DNA of 63,447 nucleotides, counting the filler, from Octopus bimaculoides (Eukaryota), in the NCBI RefSeq assembly GCF_001194135.2. It is 4 parts of 3 records of this genome, joined end to end, with 100 filler letters (N's around TTAATTAATTAA, not from the genome) between each part and the next. Parts side by side here need not be neighbours in the genome. Positions count along the whole stretch, not along the records: positions 26,566 to 56,171 come from NC_068981.1; 3 more parts are not named here. One strand, written 5' to 3'. The notes beneath the pieces are model-generated. The model was not told the DNA's origin, ran no database searches, and saw only the letters and a list, made by a program, of their open reading frames with translations. This document shows positions 38,900 through 54,363 of the stretch, piece by piece. A program made the position numbers and the translations under genes. Position 1 is the first letter of the stretch. The number at the start of each line of letters is the position of its first letter.

Positions 38900-39580
38900 C
38901 TTCCTGTCGACGGCGTCATTGCACATTTGCCCCATTCAAGGAAATGAGGCCGTTCCTGGGTGGTCAACCGGTTATTACGTTTTGTTCAATATTTTCCTGT
39001 CCATTGTTTATCGTTTTTAGCCAAATCCAGTGGCTTGCCTTCTCCACCGTTGTCTGGATATCACTCATGGTGTTAATTACTTTACGATGAGTTAGGACTA
39101 GCAACAAGAACACTCGCCTCACACAGAGTCCAACGAATGCTCTACATTCAGGTGGAAAATGCTTCGCTTTTTAGGCTGCATCTTCAAATTCCAGGAAGAG
39201 GTTTTCATAGCGGTCAAACTTTCGAGCCCGAGCGGCGTCCATGTTATCATCATGAGGTACTGTTAACTCGACTAGCTTTACCACATTTTTTCTTTTACAC
39301 CAGATGATAATATCCGGTTTCTTCGTAACCTGAATCGGAAAGAATTCTTGGTATCGTGGTAAATTTACAGCCACCTCCCAGTAGTCGTTCTGCTTTACAT
39401 CGTTCAAAGGAAGTTTCTTCTTCAAATGGATCTGCTATCCTAAGCGCACGAAAGTAATGGGAACTTCGGTTGCTTTCTCTAGCGCCTGCTGACGAGAGCA
39501 ATTTGGTTCTTTATAACATTGAAGATGACCTTAAGGACCAGATCGTGTCTCCATGTATATCATACTTCTTATCCATCTGA
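38900..39580 (-). mobile_element. 3' end of a HERO/NeSL-type RLE non-LTR retrotransposon
   Basis: YTWRHDLVL (39558-39532), KKPDIIIWCKRKNVVKLVELTVPHDDNMDAARARKFDRYENL (RLE motif; ORF 39171-39425), TVEKASHWIWLK near the C-terminus. Confidence 0.8.
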
Positions 39581-40288
39581 TATGTACTTTGAATCTCTTA
39601 AGAATAAATTATTTTAAATACGCTATTTCAAGTGGTGAATATGAAAATAATAGGCATACAATGAGGTGACGTTCTACAACTTGTTTGTCAATCAAATAAC
39701 GATAATATTTTTGAAAATGTTGCTTCATTAAATGGAGTGTATTTTACTGAAAACAATATAATCTTGTTTATGGATATTTTCTACATTCAAGTAAAATTAC
39801 AAAGACTCCTACGTTTTGTTTTTTCATTCATATAGCCTAACCAACAACACCGCATCACCAACAACAATGCCACAATAACCCCCCCCCCACCACCACCACC
39901 ACAACCACCACCAACGGCAACACCATCACCACCAAATAGCACGCCCCAATCTTCATCTTCATCTCGGTCATCATTAACAGGCAGCTATATCTCATTAGTA
40001 TCAGTTACTTTAGAATCAATTTTTTTCCGCAATAATTGTCACCCTTCTCATCATTATTACTCGCATTAATTTTATCCTCATTAGCGTTATTAGGAATATT
40101 ATCGTCGATATCATTATCACCTGCATTATTAATATTACTAACATAACTATTCTCATCTTGTTGATCGCGATGTCGTTGCTGTCTTTTAAACATTATGACT
40201 ACAGAGAAACACTTTAAATTATCATCACAACTATCGTCCAAATCAACACCCCACTGTAATAGGTAAATAGTGCTATGATGATAACGTA

Positions 40289-40369
<81 letters not shown>

Positions 40370-40441
40370 ACTACTACTACTACTACTACTACTACTAATA
40401 CTAATACTACTACTACTACTATTGATGCTGCTGCTGCTGCA

Positions 40442-40514
<73 letters not shown>
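40289..40514. repeat. Compound (CTA)n/(CTG)n microsatellite
   Basis: Direct reading. Confidence 0.95.
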
Positions 40515-40942
40515 AGAGGAGGGGGAGGACGGTCATTACGCCCCCTACGACGAAGATGAAAAGCAGCGGTGTTATAATTTGGGGGCTGGTTCTGTCACTA
40601 CTACTATTATCCTCACCGCTACTACTATGACCACCTCTCGCATTAATGCTACTAGTGCTGCACATCCATACGACTTAGGAGGAAGAAACCGTCCGAAGAT
40701 GTTCGATGGCATGAATTTGTACGAAAAGAAACTTCTGGAATGAATAGTCAGTTCAATTTGGTTCATTTTACCACTTCTTTTTACATGTTTATATTTGCGT
40801 GGAAAATAGAAATCAGTAGCAAGGGTTGATAACATAGTTAAAATGTTGCCCTTTCTGTGATGATGTCCGCAAAGCGTATTTAATTCTGTTTCTAATATGT
40901 ATTTACTCGGGTGAAGCAAACAGACTTGCTAAAGAAATTCAT

Positions 40943-40943
<1 letters not shown>

Positions 40944-40998
<55 letters not shown>
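40944..40998. repeat. (CA)n microsatellite
   Basis: Direct reading. Confidence 0.95.
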
Positions 40999-41000
<2 letters not shown>

Positions 41001-41432
41001 AGAGTAATTGTATACTACATGTTTGTTAATAAGGAGAGCAAAATAACACTCAATTAAGCAAGAGTGAAATATCTGTTAATGAATACAAGAGTTCTGTCGG
41101 TAAATGAAATACTCTGACGGGTTTATATAACGTGTACCATGTACGTTCTGGCAATCGTTGAATTTCACATACAATAGTTACTCCGTGATAAATTGTGTAA
41201 AAGAACCTCACGAAAGCTTTTAAGAGGGAGGACAATTACTTCATTGGAAGCGACGCTATGTCCTTATAAACCGTAACATTTGAGTGTGATGAATAGTACT
41301 TCTACTTATAGATAAAGAATATTGTTATTGTCTAGTACATAAATATTTTCACAGTGGGAAAAATGTCATATATGGAAGTAAAAATTTATATGTTGCAGGG
41401 GTAGTTGAACAGGGTAAGATTAATGTATGTTT

Positions 41433-41605
41433 AATCGTTAACATGACCGGCCAAAAGCTGAGCGGCATTTCGTCAATATTTACGTCGAGTTCAAACTCTG
41501 CTGTGATCGACTTTGCCTTTCATCCCTTTCAGAATCGATAAAATAGGTAGAGGTTGAGTATTGGAGTCCATGTAATCGACTTAACTTTATGCCAAAATTT
41601 GAAGC
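41433..41605 (+). mobile_element. Decayed tRNA-derived SINE (51575 family)
   Basis: gcggcatttcgtc...gagttcaaactctgc...tcgactttgcctttcatcc...tcgataaaatag aligns with 51575-51793. Confidence 0.7.
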
Positions 41606-44449
41606 AGATGCATAAGGGCCAGTGAAGTTGTTCGATCTCATAAGAATGTTATACGTTCATGTAAGCGAAGAATTTTCTGCAATGATCCACTTAATGCATA
41701 CAGTAGTAATAGAATGTATGGCGTTTATATACATTTTATAATTGTCTAAAATGAATGATAAAAGAAAATCATATTTCGAAAAATAATAAACAAACGATAT
41801 TATTCAAATTTGGAACTGTATTTCTTCATCTTAACTGTCATCTCAGGGAATATCATGAATGTTTACTTCTTTGTAATTATTTATAACATTAATTGTAATC
41901 ATAACATAGTTATTAATCACCAGTAATAGTAATTATAAAGAATACTTTTGAATAATTAACAATCTCGTAATATGCATAAAAGGTGTTACAATCTCGAAAT
42001 ATGCATAAAAGAAAATTTTAATTACTCAATAATATTTTGTCAGATATGCTTAGAAAATGTGGTGCCGGACATTCTAATTTTATTCATACACACAACAGGC
42101 GCGTGCGCAAACACACACACACTTATATATACATTAGTGGTTAAAGGAAAACTTTGCCAGTGTCTTCAAAATTACTGGTTACTATCTATTTTCAGACTGA
42201 TGACAACTATAAACCGAAATATGGAAGTCACTTCATTCGTGTTCTTGTACAAGTAAAATAAATATGACATTCTACTAAAAGGTTTGGTGCAATCCTTCAA
42301 TTAACTATTTGACTGTTTTTCATACTGTTACGCACACGAAGAAACTCACCCACAATGGAATATACATCATATATTTAAATCTAACTATTCATATACTTAG
42401 ATTTACACAAAGTCCACACACTATTGTATAAGAAGTTGAAAATAGACATCTCTCTTTTCCAATTATTTTGGTGTTATTTTTCTTAGTTCAAAGAATAAAA
42501 TTGCTGCCAAAAATTTATGCAGGTTTTTTTTCTGTATTTATTGCTTTTGTTTTAAAGAAAATGTTTGCAGATGACTGATGTCACCCAGCACAGTTAGATG
42601 CTTTCTCAATAATATATTTATGTTTTATCCACACGCTGTTTACCGATTTTGACCGTGGGTAAAATCAATAGCGTAGAACAAAATTGATTTCGCAATAGAT
42701 ACAGTCTCCTAAATGTGATAAGTGTTATTTTATTCCTCACGTATAATTCTGCATGATATTATTCTCGATATTACTGAATGAGAAATAGAATATATTCTGT
42801 TCACTTGGTAGCTTATCAAATTTTTTGCACAACTGAAATGGTATATTTCAAATAAGGTACTATTAACACAAACAAATGGCCATGGCATACGAGCACTGAA
42901 GGCACAAATTCAGAAGGATAGTATAATGAAATAACAAGTTGTAAAACGTGTCTGTGAATATATTGCATTTCAAAGGTTCTAATAAATATAGAAAACATCA
43001 ATAAAACGAACTTACAAGATATCAAAAGGAGACACAATCTTGAAGACGAGGATGATACAAATAAAATTGATATCTAGAAATAGAAAATTTAATTAGTATC
43101 ACAAGGCGTTTTTCGATTCTCATAGCGTATCAAATTTTACAAGTATAATAAAACTTTAAATAACATCACGACGATCAAAACAAAATTGATGAATTCAAAT
43201 ACATCGATGATAAATAGCGTCCGGCATCGTATGTTATATAAATATTTTAAGTAACATCTGAAGAAAACGGAAAACATTTAATCAGAATAGTTGCTCTATA
43301 AATATACAACTGAAGGAAAAGAGTAATATGGTCAAATGTTAATACAAATTGTTAACAGTTAAACTTTAAAGTATCCGTTCATAATATGACCTATGATGCG
43401 AAAGAGCAGTAACATAAGAATATACAAATTCATTATGTAATATATCACATGAAATCTTAAATAATTTATTGCACTTCTGGGTAATTACTGTAGAATTCTT
43501 TATGAAATCTATTGAAATAATACAAAACTATGATACGATATAGTAAAGCTCAGAGTAGACTCAATCGAAATAACTTTAATAAGTAAAATTGTTTTAAATA
43601 CTATAAATATAATATTGATTCCTTTATTTACAAAAAAGAGGTGACAAATAAGAATATATTATAACAGAAGCAATAATTTTCGTATTTTCTTACATACATA
43701 TTTACTCAATCACACACAGGTGAGTAATAATGTAAGTGTATATATGTGTGCACTTGTTTTCCGCGCATTTATACATACGTATAAGTATACGTATTTATAC
43801 ATATACATATAGACAGAAGTAGGCATACCATCTCATAGGATTCCAGAAATTGCTTCGTACGATAACATGGAGCACACACAGGAATAATCTGCATTGAATA
43901 CACCAAGTAGGATACTGAATACATGCAAGTGTGAAATCCAATTCAAAACAATAGATCTAAAGCGTAAACACGAATGTTGTCTAAAATTTATGACAGCTGT
44001 TTCGGTATATTATATATTTTATGCAATCATAAAATATTACATCATACGATACAATCCATCATCATCAAGTAAAATTTTAAACAGGGTAGTTTTTAAATAT
44101 CGACCCGGACACAACTAGCTAAACTTACTTGTATTCATAGCATTCTCACAAGCATTGTCGTGTTGGGCAACATATTCTGATCTATATAGTTATCATAAAT
44201 AACCCTTCAGCGACACATCTCCACATGAAATGATTGGATATGCTTACTTATGGCAACAAACTGAACGTTTCCATGGTTTGAACCCGTTTTGGAGTATCGC
44301 ATAGCATTACATAATCCTCTCAGTGAATTCATTTTCAGTGACGGGTCTTCAACTCTTGTGACTGGCTCCATAACTTTTAGAGTGACAATAATAGAATTTA
44401 TCGGGATGTACTCTTCACCATTTACCATGGTCTATGACCTGAATTGTAA

Positions 44450-45310
<861 letters not shown>

Positions 45311-46225
45311 NNNNNNNNNNNNNNNNNNNNNNNNNNNNNNNNNNNNNNNNNNNNNNNNNNNNNNNNNNNNNNNNNNNNNNNNNNNNNNNNNNNNNNNNNN
45401 NNNNNNNNNNNNNNNNNNNNNNNNNNNNNNNNNNNNNNNNNNNNNNNNNNNNNNNNNNNNNNNNNNNNNNNNNNNNNNNNNNNNNNNNNNNNNNNNNNNN
45501 NNNNNNNNNNNNNNNNNNNNNNNNNNNNNNNNNNNNNNNNNNNNNNNNNNNNNNNNNNNNNNNNNNNNNNNNNNNNNNNNNNNNNNNNNNNNNNNNNNNN
45601 NNNNNNNNNNNNNNNNNNNNNNNNNNNNNNNNNNNNNNNNNNNNNNNNNNNNNNNNNNNNNNNNNNNNNNNNNNNNNNNNNNNNNNNNNNNNNNNNNNNN
45701 NNNNNNNNNNNNNNNNNNNNNNNNNNNNNNNNNNNNNNNNNNNNNNNNNNNNNNNNNNNNNNNNNNNNNNNNNNNNNNNNNNNNNNNNNNNNNNNNNNNN
45801 NNNNNNNNNNNNNNNNNNNNNNNNNNNNNNNNNNNNNNNNNNNNNNNNNNNNNNNNNNNNNNNNNNNNNNNNNNNNNNNNNNNNNNNNNNNNNNNNNNNN
45901 NNNNNNNNNNNNNNNNNNNNNNNNNNNNNNNNNNNNNNNNNNNNNNNNNNNNNNNNNNNNNNNNNNNNNNNNNNNNNNNNNNNNNNNNNNNNNNNNNNNN
46001 NNNNNNNNNNNNNNNNNNNNNNNNNNNNNNNNNNNNNNNNNNNNNNNNNNNNNNNNNNNNNNNNNNNNNNNNNNNNNNNNNNNNNNNNNNNNNNNNNNNN
46101 NNNNNNNNNNNNNNNNNNNNNNNNNNNNNNNNNNNNNNNNNNNNNNNNNNNNNNNNNNNNTTTAGTGTCCAGTTAAGGATATTTTAACTGTAACTTGTAA
46201 CTGGGACGGCTAAAGTATTAATACC

Positions 46226-46302
<77 letters not shown>

Positions 46303-46310
46303 CTATTATT

Positions 46311-47030
46311 CATTCGTAACATAATGTAGGTAAAAATGCAGCAGAGCCTTTAATCATCTGTGAAGTCACAACAAGGTTCTCAGACAGATAATACTTTCCT
46401 TAAGATGTGCACTGAGCCGAATAAGACTGCTTTTTGCAAGACATCAATCTTGCATGGTATTTCCAGTTGTCTTAAGAAGTCTTGAATTTTGAGTGAGATC
46501 GAGCCCAGTGCTCCGATCACCACTGGTATCACTTTTACGTTACTCTCTCGCATTCCATACAGCTTTCAGTTTGGAGTTCTTGGTGATTTTTTCAACCTCT
46601 TTACTCATAACATTCATGTCATTTGGTATGACTACATCAATGATCTGACAGTATTTTCTCTCTTATTCAATATGACAATATCCGGCCGACGGTTTTCGAT
46701 TACACGATCCGTCTGAAAATCATAGTCCCAGAGTATCGATACTTTTCTATCCTCCTGCATAACTTTAGTTGGTTCATACCAGTTCTCTGTTATTTCATAT
46801 TGCGCCAATGAAGATACACGCACACTTTACTGTGGCGTCGCTTGTATTATTTTGTGCAAAGCTCTAACATTCACTGAGCAAATGGGTCACATTTTCCACA
46901 CTCTTTCCACAGGATCTGCATTTCTGGGCGTCAGAAGATTTATAGATGTTATACTTCACTGAATTGGTAGCGAGAGCCTGGTCTTTTGCAGCAACGATCA
47001 GGCTTTCGGTGGTATGCTTCAGATATACAA
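46311..47030 (-). mobile_element. Third R4/Dong-type subfamily, 3' fragment with a (TAA)n tail at 46227-46310
   Basis: TTESLIVAAKDQALATNSVK...KCRSCGKSVENVTHLLSEC; ILWDYDFQTDRVIENRRPDIVILNK; VIPVVIGALG. Confidence 0.88.
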
Positions 47031-47034
47031 CCGC

Positions 47035-48900
47035 CGAAAGAAAAAATGCCGTAGAAGGAGACGCATAGGTACCAAAGATCAACTATTGATAGACAAAATG
47101 ATAATGCAAGGATGAAAACGAAGGAGAACAAATCTGGGAATGGCCTGGTTTGCCTATCGCATTGTTTATTATATATGATTCCACATTCGTAGATCATCGN
47201 NNNNNNNNNTAATGCAAGGATGAAAACGAAGGAGAACAAATCTGGGAATGGCCTGGTTTGCCTATCGCATAGCTTATTATATATGATTCCACATTCGTAG
47301 ATCATCGAGTGTTTAGATCTTTTGGGGATTGGGAGGAATGTAACATCTTTCCTGAAGAGAAGAATGGTGAACTTGAAAACTGAACTGATATCTTACTGAA
47401 AAAGCTTGGGCACCTTCGATATCAGAGGAGGGATTTTCCAAGGTGACAGCCTATCTCTGTTGCCTTTTGTCCTCTTCATGTTGCCCCTGACCTAGATACT
47501 TAGGAAAATTAACGTGGGTACCAACTAAAGGAACAATCTCAAACAATCAACAACCTCCTCTTCATGGATGATTTGAAACTGTATGGTAACGATGAAACAT
47601 AAGTGAGTTCCTTGGTGAATGCAGTCCACTGTTTTATTACTAATATTAGAATGGAATTGGGTCTCAAAGAAGTGCGGAATAATCTATCTAAAAGGAGGCA
47701 AAGTACAATCCCTATCAAGGATAGAATTACCGAATAGAGACTTGATTAAACCTAATTATACCAATACACCAAACGAGCTCTCGTAGCTGGTGTAGATATG
47801 AGAAAACACCAGTGACTGCAGAATGCAGGTTTGAAAGCCGAAACAGAAGGATTTATACTTGCGGCATAAGTTGGGAGTCTACACACTTGGATCTATCATG
47901 CTAATGTTCTACACAAAGAGATAGACACAAAGTGTAAACTCTGCAATGACATACTTGAAAATATTGACCACATTGTTGCTGGTTGCTCAGTTCATATCCC
48001 CACAGAATATTATACCAGGCATGATCGAGTTGGCCAGTACTTGCAGTGGAGAATTTGTTGTCCTTATGATATCCGGGACACTAAGATCTGGATTGGACAC
48101 TATCTAGAGCCAGTCAATAAAGGAGAAAATGTTACCATCCGATGGGATTAGGAGATACATACAAACAGGCAAACAAATGCTAATAGACCAGATATTGTCG
48201 TCAACGACCTTAGGAAAGTAAAATCTTACCTGTTAACTGGTATGACAATGCGGTAAATAAAACCAAAATGATCAACAAAGGAGCGGGAATTATAAAATGG
48301 CATATGAGAAAATTGAAGACAATGGATACCAATACCAGAAAAAATCTTGACACTACACGGAGCCTTCTACTATAACAGTAAAACCGATAGACTGTACGTG
48401 TCCAGAAGAAAAGTTAAGAGAGGTTTGATCAGTTGCCAAGACTGTGTCGAAGCAGAGCAAAACAGCTTAGGGTGGTACATAAAAAATGCTATGGATCCAC
48501 TGTTGAAACACACGAAGAAGGCCGGCGTCATCAAAACTTAAAATTGTTTATCTAAAGAAAAATTTAAAGAAGAAATGAACAAAGGAAAAAGTAAAGAAAA
48601 ATCATAGAAGAAAAATAATGTACGTTCAGTTTGCAAGAAATGTGGACGCGAAGACAGATACATAGAGCTGGTAGGTATGGATGAGGGGGAGTTACTTGAC
48701 GATAGAGAGAGATAAACACTCATATGCGCAGCACAGGAACAAGCGTTAAGGACCAGCTATATGAATTGCAGGAAAGACAACACTATCGATTGCGACAAAA
48801 GCAAAATGTGTGGTGAGAGATGTGAAATGTTATGGCACATCGTTAGCGAATACAAAATACTCTAGGACAATGTGCCAAGAATGATCCATTGGGAGCTTTG
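47035..48900 (+). mobile_element. Mosaic of R4/Dong-type pieces: RT (47035-47755), a foreign CCHC/RLE piece (about 47756-48255), RT thumb to CCHC (about 48256-48900)
   Basis: GTKDQLLIDKM...TNLGMAWFAYR, LLFMDDLKLYG; WLQNAGLKAETEGFILAA...CKLCNDILENIDHIVAGC...RHDRVGQYL...NRPDIVV; TDRLYVSRRKVKRGLISCQDCVEAEQNSLGWY...LICAAQEQALRT. Confidence 0.85.
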
Positions 48901-50318
48901 TATGCTTGTTTGTATGTATGTATGTATGTATGTATGTATGTATGTATGTATGTATATGTGAGTGTGTGTGTGTGTGTATTTTATACACAGATGCATGCGT
49001 GTGTGTATGTTTGTATATTTTCAAATATAAAAATGCACATATGTGTATTTATATGGATTTACTTACATATACACATACATATGTGTGTGTGTGAACTTTA
49101 TACCCTCCGGCTGCACCTCTCCTACCCACGGATTTACACTGGACCCATCTTCTGATTGGAAATCGCTTCAATATACCACGACGTCTAAAAAACTTTTGAA
49201 CTTTTCCACTTTTGTAAACCTCCTTTATCATCCTTTTTTAAGAATTTCTAACTTCCGGTCAGTCAGCCATTGTTATGATCGNNNNNNNNNNNNNNNNNNN
49301 NNNNNNNNNNNNNNNNNNNNNNNNNNNNNNNNNNNNNNNNNNNNNNNNNNNNNNNNNNNNNNNNNNNNNNNNNNNNNNNNNNNNNNNNNNNNNNNNNNNN
49401 NNNNNNNNNNNNNNNNNNNNNNNNNNNNNNNNNNNNNNNNNNNNNNNNNNNNNNNNNNNNNNNNNNNNNNNNNNNNNNNNNNNNNNNNNNNNNNNNNNNN
49501 NNNNNNNNNNNNNNNNNNNNNNNNNNNNNNNNNNNNNNNNNNNNNNNNNNNNNNNNNNNNNNNNNNNNNNNNNNNNNNNNNNNNNNNNNNNNNNNNNNNN
49601 NNNNNNNNNNNNNNNNNNNNNNNNNNNNNNNNNNNNNNNNNNNNNNNNNNNNNNNNNNNNNNNNNATATATATATATATATATATATACATATATATATC
49701 TTTATATATACATAGATATATATATGCGTGTGTGTGTCTGTATGTTGGTACATACGACTATGAATGTATCTATGTATGTGTACATGAATACAAGCACGGC
49801 ATCGTTGAAATTTTCATTTATTGCAAATAATGAATTCATTACATATCAGCATGCATACACTAGAATTAAAGGTTGCAGAGATTGACCAATTAACCTTACT
49901 CTGAAACATGCCAATCAATACGGACAGAAAGATTAAACTCAATCCACATTCAGTTCATAATAAAGAAAAATATCATCTCCACAACGTGCGTGCAACGACC
50001 TACGATCTAATATCTATAAAAGAAATGTATAAAATATGCTAATAAAGAAAGGAACTGATTCTGGAGAATGAGATAACAAAAATGTGAAGATGGGAAACAG
50101 CGAAATAGGAGCATCTCTATAATAATAGATCCGTTTCGAGTGATTAGAAAGAAGTATGACAAATAAATAACCAAGCAATCGCCAAGCGTGAGCAAAAATC
50201 GCTTACAAACAGACGTATTCTCTTATGCACGTAAAGTTTACGCGCACTCACACACACATACGCGCGCACACACTCACACACACACACATATATTTATCTG
50301 TCACAACCGCATATTTTA

Positions 50319-51150
50319 ATAGCCGAAGCATATATACGCAAACACAAACACGCTCACTCACACATACATGCATACATACACACATCAACTCCCATACAAC
50401 CAATAACATACCAACATCCACGCATTCATACGCTCCATATATATATATGTATATATATANNNNNNNNNNNNNNNNNNNNNNNNNNNNNNNNNNNNNNNNN
50501 NNNNNNNNNNNNNNNNNNNNNNNNNNNNNNNNNNNNNNNNNNNNNNNNNNNNNNNNNNNNNNNNNNNNNNNNNNNNNNNNNNNNNNNNNNNNNNNNNNNN
50601 NNNNNNNNNNNNNNNNNNNNNNNNNNNNNNNNNNNNNNNNNNNNNNNNNNNNNNNNNNNNNNNNNNNNNNNNNNNNNNNNNNNNNNNNNNNNNNNNNNNN
50701 NNNNNNNNNNNNNNNNNNNNNNNNNNNNNNNNNNNNNNNNNNNNNNNNNNNNNNNNNNNNNNNNNNNNNNNNNNNNNNNNNNNNNNNNNNNNNNNNNNNN
50801 NNNNNNNNNNNNNNNNNNNNNNNNNNNNNNNNNNNNNNNNNNNNNNNNNNNNNNNNNNNNNNNNNNNNNNTATATATATTTATATATATAGATATATATA
50901 TTTACATGTACTCATTCCTCCTCTCCTTCTTTATCTTCTCTTTTACTTTCGTCTTCTTCCACTCACTTTTCCTCCTCCTCACCCTCCTCGTTGTACTTCT
51001 TCGTATCCTTCCTCTTGATAATAGCCGAAGCATATATAAGCAAACACAAACATACTTATGCACACATACACAATCGTACTTGCACACACATGCATACATA
51101 CACACGTCCACATCCATACAACCAATAACATGCCCACATCTACATAATCT
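50319..51150. repeat. Diverged direct repeat of 110-130 bp (50319-50430 and 51020-51150)
   Basis: Shared aatagccgaagcatatata.gcaaacacaaaca...catgcatacatacacac...ccatacaaccaataacat. Confidence 0.75.
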
Positions 51151-51574
51151 CTGCCCCCAACTTTTATTGATTTCTTGTTTCCTCCCGTTATAAGCCAAAA
51201 AATAGTGTCTGGAAGACGCAAAATATGACAGCACAGCTGATGAAGTGCCTCTCTAATGTCTAAAACCATAAATATTACGTTAATATTCACTTCGAATTTT
51301 TGCGCAAAGTAGCGTTACAAATATAATATGGTACAGAATCAATTGTAATGAAGCATTAAAGTTGTGTTAAAGTGTTTACAATTAAAGAATAATGGTTTAG
51401 AAAGAAGGTGTTAAATGCATCATCCAAACCTTGTTTCAGACTAAGTCCCAGGTAGTGTGTCTGCAGCGCACGCTCACAACTTATGTCTACTGGGTGTCAT
51501 CAGTTCGTCGTTTGAATCTACGTTCGGAATTCCATGGTGCACTCAGGGCATATATTAAAAGATTAATACGGAAG

Positions 51575-51793
51575 AGGTGGCGAGCTGGAAGAAACGTTAG
51601 CACGCCGGGTGAAATGCTTAGCGGTATTTTGTCTGTCTTTACGTTCTGAGTTCAAATTCCGCCAAGGTCGACTTTTCTTTTCATTCTTTCGGGGTCGAAA
51701 AATTAAGTACCATTTGCGTACTGGGGTCACTCTAATAGAATGGCCCCTTCCTCCCCAAATTTCGGGCCTTGTGCCTAGAGTAGAAACGAATAT
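51575..51793 (+). mobile_element. Well-preserved tRNA-derived SINE
   Basis: aggtggcgagctggaagaaacgttagc (A-box-like), gagttcaaattcc (B-box-like), body ending ccttgtgcctagagtagaaacgaatat; four decayed relatives in the window. Confidence 0.85.
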
Positions 51794-52712
51794 GGAAGAG
51801 GGAGTCTAACAAGAAGCACGTATTACCACAACAATTGTTTTGGATTCATACTGCACTGCTCTCTAGTGGGCGTGGAACGATGTGATAACACCAGATGCAA
51901 GGCAAAGTGCAAAAGAGCCTCCTCAAGTGACGTAAGATGAATCACAGTTTCATAAGTTTACGTTTCGATTTCGCTTTAAGCTATATGATGTTATTGAGAA
52001 ATTATAGCATTTCAGATCCATTTCTTACGATGAGGAAGTTTTGGTGAGGAAGAAAATAGTAGAAAACAAACACAAAGCATCTAACAAGATATGGGGTGGG
52101 GGTATTTGTATTTGTCGCGAAGTCATTGCTAAAAAAAAAAAATATTAAAAATTACAAAGAATGTGAGGGACATTTTAATGAAGGGCTCCAGCATGCGTAA
52201 GCTTTTGATGTCTGGTTAGAGCATTCAAGTATATCACCAATTTTAGATTCAGTTCTTTAGACCTTGTGGCTGCCTACGTTTACACACATGCACAGGCAGA
52301 GAGACACACACACATTAATATGTATACGTTTGCGCGCACGCCTGTGTACCTTCACGCAAATAAGGGTATACACATAGTACATACTGACAGACATTGGTCA
52401 ACTTGTCAATAGGCACAGACAACCAATCTCTCACGTACAGACAGGNNNNNNNNNNNNNNNNNNNNNNNNNNNNNNNNNNNNNNNNNNNNNNNNNNNNNNN
52501 NNNNNNNNNNNNNNNNNNNNNNNNNNNNNNNNNNNNNNNNNNNNNNNNNNNNNNNNNNNNNNNNNNNNNNNNNNNNNNNNNNNNNNNNNNNNNNNNNNNN
52601 NNNNNNNNNNNNNNNNNNNNNNNNNNNNNNNNNNNNNNNNNNNNNNNNNNNNNNNNNNNNNNNNNNNNNNNNNNNNNNNNNNNNNNNNNNNNNNNNNNNN
52701 NNNNNNNNNNNN

Positions 52713-52754
<42 letters not shown>

Positions 52755-53009
52755 TTACACTGCCACACACAAGGGTACAACCATGAGTATGCGCGCGTGC
52801 ACAGACATACACACACATTTACACTCATGCACTCTTTCACCCACCTCATATACAGACATAAACACTTATATATATGTACATACATGCAGTCACATATGCT
52901 AGTACATATATATATTTTTTCACAATTGAATAACGTTTTCTATTGCAATTGTCACCAGTACTTCTCTGCTGAAATTTATCTCTTAGTTTCACATCACAAT
53001 ATGAAACTT

Positions 53010-53265
53010 CAGATACGAAACTCAGGGCTTCTTCATCTAAGTGCTGTTGTTTGTCCTTTGATGAATAAGAAAGTCTTTCTACGGTAGTAGGTGTTTTCCA
53101 TGAACATGCTAGACGTTGGAACTCTCTTCCATCTCATTGTTTTCCTTCTTCTGATTACCTGAAATGTTTCCAATTTAAAATTAATCCATTCCTTTCGTCT
53201 TAACTTCTCTTTCGCTATTGTGATTTCTCGCATTGTTGGGGAGTATCTTATAAAAAACAAAAACA
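53010..53265 (+). mobile_element. CR1/L2-group LINE 3' end
   Basis: FHEHARRWNSLPSHCFPSSDYLKCFQFKIN (WNSLP at 53117-53131), then a short UTR with a stem-loop-like ctcgcattgttggggag and an A-rich tail. Confidence 0.7.
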
Positions 53266-53595
53266 TCCGAGTGACGGTCTTATCTCTATTTCATGCTGCC
53301 ATGCTATCTTACCTGGTCTTTTTTCATTCTGTTGCATCAATCATTATTAAACCTTATTATAGTGCATTATTTTATAAAAAAAGAAAATGATATTTTGAAA
53401 TGACAAACTCCTAAAACACATTACTATCTTGATTGTCAGTATTAAAAGTGATAAAATTGCACCAAATGTAGCGGATTAGCGTCTTTATATGATTATCAGC
53501 AAAATTAAAGAAAATCAGTGCAGGATGTTTTGAGCATAAAATCATTATTCTGAAAATCCTCCTCTTGTTGTTGCTGCTGCTGCAGCTGCTACTTT

Positions 53596-53640
<45 letters not shown>

Positions 53641-54259
53641 CACTACTACTACTACTACTACTAATAATAATAATAATAATAATAATAATATTTTTCTATA
53701 TAACTTTATTTGGTTTTTGTAAATGACCAATCTGGTATGTTTGTGTTATTGACTTATCAAGTGTAGAGCAATGTTTCTTTTCCCTAGGTGTCGGGAAGAG
53801 ATTCGGCAAGAAATGGAAACAACGTTGAAGAAAGTAATTATCTAGAGTGTGATTTACATAATGTTCCTTTATTCGGAGAACTGAAAATTGAAGGGGATAA
53901 AGAAAGAAAGAAGGAAAGAGAGAGACAGAGAAACAGAAGGAGAGAGAGAAAGAAAGAGACAGTGAGAGGCAGACAGACAATCAGACAGAAAGAGTATGAA
54001 ATGGGGAAGTATGAGAAAGTTGATGAATTAATACTAGCAGGGTCTGCTTAGCGAGGAACGAAAATTGAAGAATGTTTGGGAGACAAGGTTCAAGCTGAGA
54101 TGGTAAAATCATAGAATGACCATGTAAATATAAAGGAGAGAAGATCGGAGGTAGGAACATCGGAATATATAAATATATACGTGTTTGAAAAGAAAGGTTA
54201 ACGATTTTAAGTGTGATGTACGCGATCGGAACAGTGAAGGAGTGAAAATTGACGGGGTT

Positions 54260-54363
<104 letters not shown>

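Noticed and set aside
46311-47755. Divergent LINE pieces meeting at about 47030, resembling a twin-priming inversion
   Set aside because: The plus-strand part extends past the point where the minus-strand part begins and appears to be a different subfamily, so two independent insertions are more likely.
53159-53246. Apparent 88-bp minus-strand exon with good acceptor (ttttttataag) and donor (cag/gtaatc)
   Set aside because: The plus strand is explained as a CR1/L2 3' end (WNSLP motif), the peptide is unrecognisable and no partner exons were found.
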